DNA from: Leucoraja ocellata
Lineage: Eukaryota
DNA: 64,000 nt
Reading direction: 5' to 3'
Assembly (NCBI GenBank): GCA_036785375.1
Contig: JAWMAR010001184.1
Location: 186,001-250,000 of the forward strand
Shown here piece after piece: positions 36,045 through 49,606 of this stretch (positions are counted from its first letter, which is position 1; every line of letters starts with the position of its first letter). A program made the translations under genes and the position numbers. The notes under the pieces were generated by a model. The model was not told the DNA's origin and made no database searches. It worked only from the letters and a program-made list of their open reading frames with translations.

Positions 36045-38815
36045 CGAGATCTGTTACCATATTACACGCTCCAGCAGACCATTATAATTCAGCAAAACCA
36101 TTAAAAACTTCACTAGCAAAAATATCTAACCCATGGACCATGGAACCAAGTGCAATATTCGAGATCAGTGTTTGTGGACCAGTCTAAACTTTCAAAGCCA
36201 CAATAGTCCGAACAGGGGGCCATCAATTGATGTTTCTGGGCAAGAGGAACACCAATAGTTTTGTGGGTAACATCTTGCCGAGGTCAAACTAAACTCTGCT
36301 CTAATGTAGAAATTAAATATGCCAGGAGCTCCTTGAGCAATAAACAAATTATTTAATGTTTATCTATGATGGCTAATATGATTAGAAGCCAGATCAACAC
36401 CATTATATATCCACCACAGATAAACATGCAAATCTAACATGAGATGGCAGACCAGAACTTAAAATCAGATTTAATCAAATTGATTTTGTCATAAGCAATA
36501 AATCACAATTCAACCTCTTCAAAGTTTGACAGAGTTAAAAGTGTCAGTGAGGATTTAAATCACCTCCTAATCGACAGTGACTTACCATTAATGCCAACAG
36601 ATATTTTTCATTCTTGTGGAAATAGCCTTTATTAATGTGGTAACTGCTATAATGGGTTCTCCCTGATCATTGAAACATATCATTCTAAATGGCAATTTTT
36701 CACTCCTTGTGTCAGACCCACAAGCCTTTTGATGTCAACACCAAAGTCTACACCCAGTTTTGAATCAGATCAGAGCCACTTGGGAGCTTTTATTTTTAAA
36801 CCCAGATATTTTGTAAATGTTTCATTCATAGAACATAAAAGAGTACACCACAGGAACAGGCCATTCGGCCCACAATGCCTGTGCTGAACACAATGCCAAA
36901 ACTAACTTTTTATCTGCCTGCAGGTAATCCATACATGTCCATTCCCTGCATATCCATGTGCCTATCCGAAAGTCTCTTAAATGGCACTATTGTATCTGCC
37001 TCCAGCACTACACCTAGCAGCATGTTCCAGACACTTGCCACCCACCGTGCATTGAATATTTCCATCCTGTGGAAAAAGCATCTGACTATCTTATCTGTAA
37101 CCCATCTATGCTTCTTCGAAAAGGTTAGTCATATTGGGGAGAGAAATACTTTGCATTTTAGGCAGAAAGGGAGAGTACACTAGAGGCAAATGCAGAAAAA
37201 TCTCCCCTCCACTCCATCCAAATGCAAGGTAGAACCTCTTGTCATTATCCACACAAAATTGTCACTTTGCCACTCTCTAGTTGATGCTGGGGGGGGGGGG
37301 GTTAAATTTTGTTTTGTCCAACTCATTGTGGCAAATTGTTACTTTCCTTGCTGAAATCCATACACACAGCATCAATTCACTTACTTCACTGATGACTCAT
37401 TATTAAAGAATTCAATCGTGTTTCTCACACAAGAACTTCCCTTAACAAACCTATGCTGACTGTTCCCTAATGCCTCAATAAATAAAGGGTATTACTATCC
37501 CTTAGAATGGAGCCCAATAATTTAATCAGTATCAAAGTTAAATGAACTCACCTGGAATAATATGATGAAACATTAGACATATGGAACTGCAGATGCTGGA
37601 GACTCGAGTGAAAAAACACAATGTGCTGGAGTAACTCAGCAGGACAGGCAGCATCTGTGGAGAACATGGATAGGTGACCTTTCAGTTCTGGACTCTTCTT
37701 TACATTTAAAGTTAAAACGTTTGAAAGTTTAAAGACTTAACGTTGAAAACATTAGCAGCTCCCTAGATTCCTGGCATCACTCCTGGAGCCAGAATGAATT
37801 GAAATCCTTGAAGCCTGCCAAACACTCCCAGGTCAGGGGAAGCTACATTTACTTCCAAGGTTATGCTGCCTTTACACTGGCCACTCAAACACTTCATACA
37901 ATGAAATTCCACGTGATTATTTTATCTCAGATTCCTACAACCGAATTGCTCTGTTACAAAACATGACATTTTCTTCACAGATTAGTCTCCTCGAGTATGG
38001 AACAATGTAAAGGTAAACTTTATTCTATCTTATCTGAGTGAAACTCAACACCTTCAACATAATCTTAGTATACAAGAGAAAATAAATTAAGCAGGCAGCA
38101 GAGATCTCATGGCAGAAATTCAAGATTGTAAATCAAATTGTGTTTGGATCCCAGTAGCAGCTGTGAAATAATTGAATGTATAAAGTCAGAGATTCAGAAA
38201 GCACTCGTAAAGGCAAGGCGAGCATGACGGTGACTATCATGATCATTCTGCAAGGAGCTGTGTGGTTACTTGATCAAGTGAAACCAACAGGGGTCTCAAA
38301 CACTTTGCAGCCGTCAAAGGCCTCACTATTACGTGTGTAGAGGATGTTGTGCCAATGAAGACAATTGGGTTGTTCGCAATATGGAAACTACACATGAATC
38401 GTGAGATCCACTCCATGATGAAGTTCATGTTTGTGGCGTTCAAATTGGTTGATCCCGACCTGCACAAAGAATCTCCAGAAATGCTGCCTGACTGTTGAAT
38501 TGTGTTTCCTCTACTCCAGCCCTTTGTGTTTTTTGGTCTAGTTTCCCCATTGGGTTTCACAAACTATTTTTAGTTGGAAATAAACCGCGTGGCGCTTTAA
38601 ACACGTGCACGATGATACATTTCTGGACTGTTTCATTAAACATGGTACAAAATAACTGGATAAATTATATCAGAGCCGAGAAGAGATTACACCTTTCGCA
38701 ACAGTTTCCTCTCGAAATTTAATAGGCAATGCTAAGAAATTCATTCCATTTGTTATCAGGGCTCCCAAACCATGAAACATAAACACATGGTTGCATCACT
38801 GAAATCAAAAATGTT

Positions 38816-40924
38816 GATAGCTCAGAGCTATCAATATTTCAAAGACGTTTCCTCAATTATGGCCTGATAACGGCGAAAAAAACTAATACTCAAATTTTGG
38901 AAACATACACCCGTCCCTACTCTTAAAATGTGGATTACAAACATGTCTGAGACGCTACATCTTGATAATATTAAACTTGTCTCAGCAGAAAAACCAGAGC
39001 ATTTTTCGAAGACATGGTCACCATTCATTGATTTATTACAAGGATAGGATGGTGCAACACAATTTGAGTTAAATTTAATTACGGGTTGGGTGGTGGGTGG
39101 TGAGGGATATGAAGCTGGTACATCACCACCTTTTGTTTTTCTGTCTGTTTTTGTCTTTTTATTTCTCCAAGTCATCCTTATTTATTTTACTTACTCACTC
39201 TTTGGCTACACCACTTTGGTAGTCTAGGTCAGGTCGTCAAGTCAAGTTTATTCGTCACATACACATACGAGATGTGGCAATACTCGGGGACTTTTGTGCA
39301 AAAAGACAAACAACCAAACAAACTATAAACACAATCACATATTCTTTTACATTTTAAATATTGTGGGAGGAAGGAAAAACGTTCAGTAAAGTTAGTCTCT
39401 GGTGAGATAGGAGTTTACAGTCTGAATGGCCTCTGGGAAGAAACTCCTTCTCAACCTCTCCGTTCTCACAGCATGGCAACAGAGGCGTTTGCCTGACCGT
39501 AGCAGCTGGAACAGTCCGTTGCTGGGGTGTAAGGGGTCTCCCATGATTTAATTGGCTCTGGAGTTGCACCTCCTGATGTATAGTTCCTGCAGAGGGGCGA
39601 GTGAAGTTCCCATAGTGCGTTTGGCCGAATGCACTACTCTCTGCAGAGCCTTCTTGTCCTGGGCAGAGCGATTCCCAAACCAGATGGGAATATTTCCGGA
39701 CACGATGCTTTCCACAGCCGCTGCGTAGAAGCACTGGAGGATCCTCGGAGACACTCTGAATTTCCTCAATTGCCTGAGGTGGTAAAGGCGCTGCCTTGTC
39801 TTACTCACGAGTGCTGAGGCGTGTGATGCCCATGTCATATCCTCAGAGATGTGGACTCCCAGATATTTGAAACAGTTCACCCTATCCACAGGATCCCCAT
39901 TTATCCTCAATGGAGTGTACGTCCTCGGATGATGAGCCCTCCTAAAGTCCATGATCAGCTCTTTAGTTTTTTTGATTTTCAAGAGGAGGCTGTTGTCCTG
40001 CCACCAGAGTGCTAGATCAGCCACCTCCTCCCGGTAGGCTTTCTCATCATTGTCTGAGATCAGGCCCACCACCACAGTGTCATCAGCAAACTTAATTATT
40101 GAGTTGGAGCTGAACCTAGCCACACAGTCATGTATGTACAGGGAGTACAATAGGGGGCTGAGGACGCAACCCTGGGGCGATCCTGTGCTCTGGGTGAGGG
40201 ACTTCAATGTATTCCCTCCCATCTTGACTACCTGGGGCCTGGTGGTGAGAAAGCCAGGCACACAGGGGGGGGGTGTTGAGCCCTAATTCCATTAGCTTCT
40301 CGGCCAGTCTGGTGGGGACTATCGTGTTGAAGGCTGAACTGTAGTCTATGAACAGCATCCTCACGTAGCCCCCCTTCTGGCTGTCCAGATGGGAGAGAGC
40401 GGTGTGCAAAACCTGGGAGACCGCATCGTTGGTGGATCTGTTCGGATGGTATGCGAACTGCAACGGGTCCATGTTGCGAGGGAGGAAGGCGCAGATGTGT
40501 TTCTTCACCAGCCTCTCAAAGCATTTCATGACTACCGAGGTAAGGGCCACCGGACGGTAATCATTCAGACAGGCTGGGGAGGCATTTTTTGGTACCGGTA
40601 CAATGATGAATTTTTTGAAGCAGGCAGGGACCACGGACTTGTCCAGGGAGAGGTTGGATATTGTAGTGAGCACCGGAGCTAGCTGCGTAGCACAGGACTT
40701 GAGTACTCGCCCCTGAAATGACATCGGGGCCTGCAGCTTTCCTCGTGTTCTATAGGGGTTCTATCCTTGCACATTCCACTTTTTCTCTCTTGCTTTTTTT
40801 CTTTTCTTTTCTCTTAACTATGGTTAAAAATCAAAATTGAAGCTGTACAATAATTGTATTGTGTCATATGCCGCTGGTTATTTTTGTACACTTGCTTCTA
40901 ATAAATAAAGTTAAAAAAAAAAAC
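38816..40924 (+). mobile_element. 5'-truncated L1-clade LINE (ORF2 C-terminus, 3' UTR, poly(A)), split by a Rex1 insertion
   Basis: FLNYGLITAKK/LILKFWKHTPVPTLKMWITNMSETLHL..FSKTWSPFIDLL (one frameshift); aataaataaag + A-tail at ~40900-40923; perfect 15-bp TSD GAAATCAAAAATGTT at 38801-38815 / 40925-40939. Confidence 0.85.
39228..40750 (-). mobile_element. Rex1/Babar-clade LINE, 5'-truncated, RT domain largely open
   Basis: ORFs 40128-40724 and 39548-40261: LNDYRPVALTSVVMKCFERLV, DPLQFAY, MLFIDYSSAFNTI, GSPQGCVLSPLLYSLY, KFADDTVVVG, FKYLGVHI; (GACTT)n tail. Confidence 0.93.
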
Positions 40925-41329
40925 GAAATCAAAAATGTTTACGAAGCAACAAGAATAGCTGCACTCACGGGACTTCCATGCGCTCCTGAAAGTAGCGAGC
41001 AGAGGGACCTGGTGTCTGTGCAGACCTGCCACAGAATCCTACGCCGGCCTCGAAGCCACTCGATACATCTAACAGCGTCTACATTACAAGTGCTTTGTGT
41101 AGGGAGTTCTGATGAAAGCCGTGTCTTCCCCACCACGCCTACCCCTCTCCCTATTATAAAAATTCGAGAACAGCTGCCTGACCACCCACACGTGGTCTCA
41201 ATCTGTCCTCAAGCAAACCTTCTCAGGGCGTCATTCCAACACCAAGGTGGTTGAAGCTCCCTTTGGGATTTGTCTCTCCTCGTTGCTAAATCACGATTTA
41301 ATTATGTCTTCGTCTCCTTGTATTCATAT

Positions 41330-41600
41330 ATAGTTATACTGTATGGAAAGAGGCCCTTCGGCCCACGAGTCCACGCCGACCATCGATCACACTAGTTCTA
41401 TCTTGTTTCACTCCTTACACACGACGGCAGATTAATATACAATCCCGCGGGTCCATGGGATGTGGGAAGAAACCGGAGCGCCCGGGGGAAACCCCACACG
41501 GTCACAGGGAGAAGCTGCAACCTCCACACAGACAGCACTCGAGCTCTGGTTGGGACCCGGTTCTCTGGCGCTGTGAGGCAGCGGCTCCACCAATGTGCTG
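41330..41600 (-). mobile_element. tRNA-derived V-SINE (HE1-like)
   Basis: Reverse complement shows a tRNA-like head, core 'ctccctgtgaccgtgtggggtttcccccgggcgctccggtttcttcccacatccc' and CR1 tail 'gggccgaagggcct'. Confidence 0.85.
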
Positions 41601-42159
41601 CGCTTGGACCTTTCCTACTTTGGGATATTTCCCAAACCCCTTGACTCAGAATTTGTGCTTCTTTTCTCCGTTGCTTTAAATTCATACAGTTCTAATTTTC
41701 TTCTTAAACCTTTTGTCCAGATAATTTCCCTTACAACTCAGTGATCCGCCTGTCCAAGGTGCTGTGTACCAGCCCATCCTTTCCCCTCTTGCCTTCAACA
41801 ATCTAGGAACACATTTATCACTTGCATTTGTTTTTACCCGATCTTCCATCTAATCCACCATAGATTGAACACGCCCCTTGTGGCCGCAGCACTCTGGGTT
41901 CTGGGGGGAACCTGTGAACACAGCAGTGACAATTATTGAACGCGGGGAATATTGGGGTGATGTGTTGTGGATGCATTCCCACCTCTGAGCGAAACGTGGG
42001 AATACTTGGAGTTCTCCGCAGGTCAGAAAGCACCTGCAGAGAACAGACCTGTAAACGTTTCACTTCTGGTGAGATGTGCAGACTAGAGTTCGGGCTGCAA
42101 CCAGAGCTCGTCCTTTGTGCTCCATGTGGACGTACAGATTGTCTTGTTTCACAATTTCA

Positions 42160-43500
42160 CAAGTTATAGGAGTAGAATTAGGCCATTCGGCCCATCGAGT
42201 CTAATCCGCCATTCAATCATGGCTGATCTCTGCCTCCTAATCCAATTTTCCTGCCTTCTCCCCATAACCATTGACACCCGTTCTAATCAAGAATTTGTCT
42301 GTCTCTGCCTTAAAAATATCCATTGACTTGGGCTTCGCAGGTGGCAATAAATTCCACAGATTAACTACCCTCTGACTAAAGATGTTCCTCCTCACCTCCT
42401 TTCTAAAAGGGCGCCCTTTAATTCTGAGGCTATGACCTCTGGCCCTAGACTGTCCCACCAGCAGAAACATCCTTTTCACATCCACTCTATCTATGCTTTC
42501 CATTATTCTGTAAGTTTCAATGAGGCCCCCCCCCCCCCCCCCCTCAACCTTCTAAACTCTAGCGAGTAGAGGCCCAGCGCTGTCAAACACTAATCATATG
42601 CTAACCCACCCATTCGTGGAATCATTCTTGTAAACCTCCTCTGGACCCTCTCCAGAGCCAGCACTTGTTTGATTGCTGCGAACAGAGGCAGCAACTGACG
42701 TCTGCTCCATCATGTGGAAGTTTATGAAATTATGAAGGGCGGAGATAAGATGAATGGTCTTTTTCTCAGGACAGGAAAATCTAGAACTTAGAGGACGTAG
42801 ATTTAAGGTGATAAGGAAAAGATTTAATAGGAACCTGAGGGGCAACAGTTTCGCACAGTGGGTGGTGGGCTTATCGAACGAGCTGCCAGAGGAGGTAGTT
42901 GAGGCAGGTACAATATTAAAAATACACTTGGTTAGGTATTTGGATATGAAACGTTCAGAGAGAGATGGGCAAAATGCAGGAAAAGGGGATTAGCGCAGAT
43001 AGGCATCTTGGTCGGCATGGATTAACATAGAAACATAGAAATTAGGTGCAGGAGTAGGCCATTCGGCCCTTCGAACCTGCACCGCCATTCAATATGATCA
43101 TGGCTGATCATCCAACTCAGTATCCCGTACCTGCCTTCTCTCCATACCCCCTGATCAGATTCAGATTCAGATTCAATTTTAATTGTCATTGTCAGTTTAC
43201 AGTACAGAGACAACGAAATGCATTAGCCACAAGGGCCACATCTAACTCCCTCTTAAATATAGCCAATGAACTAGCCTCAACTACCCTCTGTGGCAGAGAG
43301 TTCCAGAGATTCACCACTCTCTGTGTGAAAAAAGTTCTTCTCATCTCGGTTTTAAAGGATTTCCCCCTTATCCTTAAGCTGTGACCCCTTGTCCTGGACT
43401 TCCCTAACATCGGGAACAATCTTCCTGCATCTAGCCTGTCCCACCCCTTAAGAATTTTGTAAGTTTCTATAAGATCTCCTAAATTCTAGAGAGTATAAGT
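42160..43500. mobile_element. Cluster of CR1 3' fragments in both orientations (with a short Rex1-type tail insertion at ~43156-43222)
   Basis: Repeated RGHSLRI.G..F..E.RR.FF.QRVVNLWN motifs and CR1 tails. Confidence 0.85.
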
Positions 43501-43859
43501 GAGTATATATGAATGAGAGTCATTCGACTAGTTGGGCCGAAGGGCTTGTTTCCATATTGTATAATTATGAATCTATGAATAATTTATCTTTCCGCTTATT
43601 TAATTTTAAAAAAGAGGACGCTGAGAAACACTTGTTGGAAACTATTTTCGATGTAAACATTCATAACAAAGACTCGGTGAAATGCATAAAACACACCAAA
43701 CCGATAACGTTTAAAGCCAGTGTTGGTACCGATATACATGGCCAGTAAGTAAGTCCCTTTGTTTAAAGCCAGGGACCCAGTTAATGAATGTGAATTCTCC
43801 TTCATTCTAATTCAGCAGAGGCACAGATATCAACCCTTTAAGTGAAATGCATATATTTA

Positions 43860-44251
43860 CTTGTTGACTCAGTGTTACCAAGTTAAGAGCTGCGTATCCA
43901 GAGGATACGCTTGTCCAGGGTGGGACCAAGCGAAACTCTCTCATTCAATCAGGTCCATTGACTGTGCCAACCTAGTGCCAAATCCCAGCGCCAGCCTCAC
44001 ACCCAGAAAGGTTCCGGAGTCCGAGCAAAGACGCAAAACACACGCCGCTCGCGAAAAAACCAGGAACACTTTCAGCAATTGTAACAGGGACCGAGCCCAG
44101 CAGCCCGAGTTTGGAAGTGAGGTCGGATTTGCAATTGTGTCAACGCAGTTAGGATTGTGGGATTCACGCGGTCTATTCGCGAATCGCCCGAATCCTGTCT
44201 TTCTGAGCCACACGTGCATGTGGCTTGAGGACAATTTGACAAATCGACACC
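43860..44251 (+). promoter_or_regulatory. CpG-enriched promoter/5' UTR of the mucin-like gene
   Basis: CpG-dense, repeat-free island extending to ~45070; AP-1 TGACTCA 43865-43871; palindrome GCGTATCC-AGA-GGATACGC 43892-43910; immediately precedes a Kozak ATG. Confidence 0.6.
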
Positions 44252-44354
44252 ATGAGGTACAAAAGGGACAAAGCCCCCCGGGCAGCAACGGGATGGAGAG
44301 TTAGAACTTTAATCCTTCTTCTCATTCTGATTGTACGACCACCTCATTCCACAG
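44252..44354 (+). CDS. Signal-peptide exon of a secreted/membrane mucin-like glycoprotein
   Basis: gacaccATG; MRYKRDKAPRAATGWRVRTLILLLILIVRPPHST + G|gtaaac (basic n-region, hydrophobic h-region, phase-1 donor compatible with the acceptor at 62407). Confidence 0.72.
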
Positions 44355-47300
44355 GTAAACAAACCACTGGTCGGCGTTTCTGTTCTTTTTGAGTGCGCGT
44401 TTCTGCGACAAGTGTAGGTTTTACTGGACAGCGACTCCTTAGAGTCCGATGCAGTTTAGGGGCTGCGAGGGAGTGTGTTTTTCCTTATGTAATTTGACAA
44501 CGTTTAAACAGTTTAGACTAAGCATACTTGAAGAGGAGCTTGAATGGAAAACGTTGCCAGGAAGTGTGCATTTTTTTAATATATAGTGCAGCACGAAAAA
44601 AAAAGATAGAACCGAGATTTATATTTAATCAATTGTGATATTGATGTATTGTAGCTACATCAGCACGTCGTGATTGTCCGCTTATTATGTTGTTATTACT
44701 CTTCTGTGGGGAGGGGGGTATTTACTTAGAGTCAGACCTTTCAGCTGCCTTGTGGTAGAGGTTTGTTGCGGTAGTAATGACCTCGCTGGGACCTCCGGCA
44801 GTGTTTGGCCGAACCCACAAGCCCGGAGCCCGGCCCCCAAAACCAATCTAGACCCCATGGAGTACTGAACAACAAGAGACAGGGCAACTTCCCGATCTCG
44901 CACTAATCGGACCGTTCGATCTGAAACGGATGCCATGGATTCCCAGAAAAAGCGGGAACGCGTCTAGTGAACGCAGACGGAGAATCCGCTGCTCACTTGT
45001 GTAAGATCCGTTACTGGGCAACCCCGACGCGAAGCATAGCGAGCCCCCCCCCCCCCCGGACTCGCCTTATGGCCTATGATGTCCATCCAATTCTAATGGC
45101 CACTTTAGGATTCACTGAGCTCACCAGCTAATCATGTTAAAGTTCTCCTTCAAATCCCTCCCTGTTCTTACCCTTCCCAGTTTCTGTTACTTTTTGCAAA
45201 CCCACTAGAGGACTTTGTGTTGCTCCAGTCCTGACTTTTTCACTCCACTGTTGTTGGGTGTGCAAAAAAAAAAACCCTCTGAAACCTCCTCCGTCTGGGC
45301 ACATCTACTTCCCACTCCTCTCCTCAAACACTTTTTAGTTTTTTTTTATTTCCTTCGCTCCATAGATGCTGCTGCACCCGCTGAGTTACTCCAGCTTTTT
45401 TGTGTACCTTCGATTTTCCAGCATCTGCAGTTCCTTCTTAAACACCTAATCTCTTTAACCAAACTTTGGTTAAATGTACTTTCATAACAAATCAGATACC
45501 ACTCCTGTAGAGCCCTTTAGGGATGTATTATGATGTGAAATGAGATCGATCGGGACCGGAGGAATCTGAGCAAGTGTGACATTTCCCGTCTGGGAGACCT
45601 TGCTGAGAACTGTCAGCCAAACGCGTCTATCTCAACAATGCCTCTCCCTTGCTGGAGGTGACATGGGTTTCCAGCGCCCAGCAGAAAACACATTCTGAAC
45701 CCCCAGCAAATGGCCTTGAATCCGTGCCCTAAAGATCTAAACTGACCGAGGTAACATTTTCCATTCGAGGAAGTTGACTTTCTGATTTCCAGCTCCTGCC
45801 ATCTCCTCCAAATCAGAGAAGTTGGGAAATGTTCTCCAGCACATTGACTTCTGAGACTTTAATATCAGAATTTTATAAAGCTGCTTGGTTTTGCAGAGCA
45901 TTTATGTTAATGAAATAAAAATCCAATAGATCTACAAAAGATGAGGGCAGATTACCTAATGCCTTTCATTCCTAAACGCAATCTAATCAAGTTAACAATT
46001 TTTGATTGTAGCTCCTGGTGTATTGTAGGGTATAAGATGGTGCAGGAGACAGTTGTGTACAGCAAACATCCACAAGATGCAATTAGATAAATCGCTAAAT
46101 AATAAACTGTTTGAAGAATTGATGCTGAGCAGGACTCTGAGAATCTTGTACATTTCTTCAATAAAGTGGCATAGGATCTTCTACACTTCCCACAACCCGA
46201 GAGGGCACTTGGTGTAACTTCTCATTTAGAGTATGACACTAAAGACAGACGAGGACTTCCTCAGTGTTGCACATAATTCCCAGTCAGCTCCATAGATAGA
46301 GACAGATGGTTGTGGGTTCAGTCAGAGTGCACCCACAAACATGGGACTTTGTCCATAGAGCCAGACGAACAGAGCTGGAGTGTAAGGGGTTTGAAACAAT
46401 CACTATTGGCAACATTCATAGGAAAGGTTTAGAGGGACAAGGGCCAAATGCAAGTAAATGGGATTAGCTTAGATAAGGCATCTTGGTCAGCATGGACAAG
46501 TTGGAGCCAAAAGGTCCGTTTCCATGCTGTACGACTCTATGACTCTAACAAAGAAAATCTCTCTCATTATCTTGCAAATGATATGTACCTAGGGAAAGGG
46601 CGATCTTTGGGATGATTTGATACCAGCTGTGATACTGAATTTCCTGCTGAAATACAGTAAAAACTATCAGTAGTTTTCTGTTTGTTTATATTTTGGTTGG
46701 GGCAAGTTTCTATACTCCATTAACATTGATAAATAACCTCAAATGTTCCATTCAGAACAGTCTCCAATGTTACGCATGACTGTTTCAGGCTGTAAATTAA
46801 CCACAACTCTGAACAATGACTGAACTACCATTTTCCATGCTGAAGTTACAGTTTCATAGTTACACATTGTCAAAGTTCAGCCATTCATTATTGCTAAAGA
46901 TTTTTACCTTTGGCAAGAATCAGGCAAGGAATGATTTGTGAAAGTATGGATAACAAATAATGGTTATTGTCTGGGAGAGTCTAGCATTATTGGACATTTC
47001 ATACTTTGAAATTCCAAAGTACTGTGGCATTTGCGTTACCTTCCATGTTGAACTCACAGATGGGGGGCAACATATCAACATCAATTATCTTCTGCTAGCC
47101 TGCAGTCTAAATTGCTCCTTTTTACACCGTAGATCTTGGTGGATTCTGTTAGGCTGTCAGTAATTGTGCATAAGCTCTATCCCTCACCATACCTTCTGGT
47201 TATGCACGGGGTGTCCACTGAAATCGTAGAAAGATTCTGATTCCGGGTGGAGTGGTGGAAATTAAACCTGTCCAATTAAAACTGAAATTAGGCTGTCCCC

Positions 47301-48477
47301 ACCTCCAGATCCTTCCGAATATGAAATTTAGTCAATCTCTTAACGTCCTAAAACAAATTGTGTTGTTCTGGTCATTCAACCGAATGAGATCATTTCACCC
47401 TTACTTCACTGAACCTAAATCACTTCTTGCTTCACCACCCGAACAATCAACATCCCTTAGATAGACACAAAAAGCTGGAGTAACTCAGCGGGTCAGGCAG
47501 CATTTCTGGAGAAAAGGAATAAGTGATGTTTTGGGTCGAGACCCTTCATCAGACTCAATGGAACGGGAAGTGAGAAATATAGAAGGTAAATAGAACAAAT
47601 GTATGAAACATGTGCAAAAAGCAGCGCTGATCAAGGTATGATGGAGCCCACAATGATCCATTGTTGGCTGGGGAATAGGAGAAAACGAGTTATACAGTAA
47701 AACTCACCAGGATGACAGTGAAACGAGTACAATGACTAGGGTGGGGGAGTGACGGAGAGAGAGGGGATGCAAAGGTTACTTGAAATTAGAGACATCAATA
47801 TTGTACTTTGCAGACTAATGCCAGATGATTGGCCTTATGCTTTCCATTTTTGTTTCTTCTTTTTTTTTGTGTGGTGGGAGTATCATTCGTTACCTTCCAA
47901 TCATTGGATTCATTCTAAAATCAAGAGAATTCTGTAATCATTACTGAAACGACTTCCTTTTAAATCCTAAGGCTTGGCATCTCAAATCTGAAGAATTTAT
48001 CAGCTAATGGTTTGACTAATTTCTCCAGTATTAAATTTAATTTAATTTAAGTTCCTCATTCTCTTTTTATCACATTTTGAGTATCTTTCCCAAATGTCAA
48101 GTTACTGGAATATTTATTTCCCAAATTTAGTCATCCTGTGTCAAGGAGTCCTATCTCTGTTATGGTTACTCATAACAGAGCCAACTCTTTTATCTTCAAA
48201 TGCACGTCAAGAAATAGAACTTACGTATTTCAGAGAGACACAAGCAACAGCAAATTGGACAATAGACAGTGGGTGCAGGAGTAGGCCATTTGGCCCCTCT
48301 AGCCAGCACCGCCATTCGATGTGATCACGGTTGATCACCCACAATCAGTACCCCGTTCTTGCCTTCTTCCCATATCCCTTGACTACCTTTAAGAGCTCTG
48401 TCTAGCTCTCTCTTGAAGGCATCCAGAGAACCAGCCTTCACCACCCTCTTTGGCAGAGAATTCCACAGACTCACAAC

Positions 48478-49606
48478 ACAATATTCCACCACTGACCCAG
48501 AGGCCCCAACTGCGCAGGTGTGGCTGACGGGTTCTTGTTGTGACGCCAGAGATCCTCGTTGTAACGCGAGTTACGGCAACCCTTCCCCAACTGCGCTGGC
48601 ACGGCCAACATGTGGAAGCGCGACTACGAGTTTAAAATTCAAAATGGCAATAACCTGTAAAATATAAGATCAATGTGATCAATGCATCTCTTTCTCCCTC
48701 TTCAGTCCCATATTCCCCTCCTCCATGATCCTCCATCCCCACCCCCCACCCCTCTGCTTCCTCCCCTCACCCCTCCCTCCCCTCCATTACCTCGCTATCC
48801 CTCTTCCTACCCTTATCCTCCATTCCTCCTCCTTCCCCAGCACTCCCTCTCCCTCCTCTTCTTTCCCCTTTCCTCCTCTCCTCCCCACTCCCTCCCCTCT
48901 CTCTCCCTCTCCTTTCCCTACCCTCAGTCGCTCCCTCCCTCCATAACCCTATCCCCTCCTGTCCCTCTATCCCCCTCCTCCCCCTATCCTCACCTCCCCC
49001 TATCCCACCCCCTACTCTCCCTCCTCACCTTCCCCACTCACCCCATCTCTCCCATTATCCCCCTCCTCCCCCACACTCCTCACCTCCCACACTTTCCCCT
49101 CCCTCTCCCTCCCTACCCCCTCCTCTCCGTCTGTCCCCCTGCTCCCCACACTTCTCCCCCACTCCCCACACTTCTCCCCCACTCCACCCCCCAATGAAAA
49201 TCTCGATGTTTTTATAAAAAATAAATTCTCAGTGAAAATCGTTTTTCTTTAAAATAACCTAAGCACAATGTTAGCTGTTAATGATAATGGAAAAATTTGA
49301 TGAAAACTGATTTAATTTTAAAGAATAAAATCAATGAAATTCGAGACCCTATTGTGACGTCATTGTGACGTTGAACGTGTCTGACGGGCAGGGCAAGTGT
49401 AAAAGTGTATTTTTGTAAAGTTTAAAATGTCAATAACTTGTAAAATATAACATCAACTGAACGAAACTTGGCTAATGCACACCGTACGACAATGGTGGGT
49501 AAGGTAGGCTAGAAATTGTAGCGCTATCCTGTACTGTTTTGGCAGAGTTTCGGGATCACGCATACAAACAAACAAACAAGATGAGAGGTTTAGTAATGTA
49601 TATAGA
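48478..49606 (-). mobile_element. Probable non-autonomous Helitron (3' end missing) with an internal C/T-rich tract (48688-49192)
   Basis: Minus strand begins A|TCTATATACATTACTAAAC..(TTTG)n, a Helitron-N-style 5' end; internal direct repeat 'aaaatg(g/t)caataac(c/t)tgtaaaatataa(g/c)atcaa' at ~48641 and ~49424; no CTAG/hairpin end seen. Confidence 0.55.

Noticed and set aside
43861-44304. 147-aa ORF over the second CpG island
   Set aside because: TTG start, no recognisable domain; the Kozak ATG signal-peptide frame explains the region better.
47521-47556. Hammerhead cores at ~47525-47552, ~1187-1212 and 56364-56391 as active ribozymes
   Set aside because: Conserved core bases are mutated (GAAA to AAAA, or CTGA to CAGA).
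48682-49197. Pro/Leu/Ser-rich ORFs (also 3912-4268)
   Set aside because: Translations of C/T low-complexity tracts.
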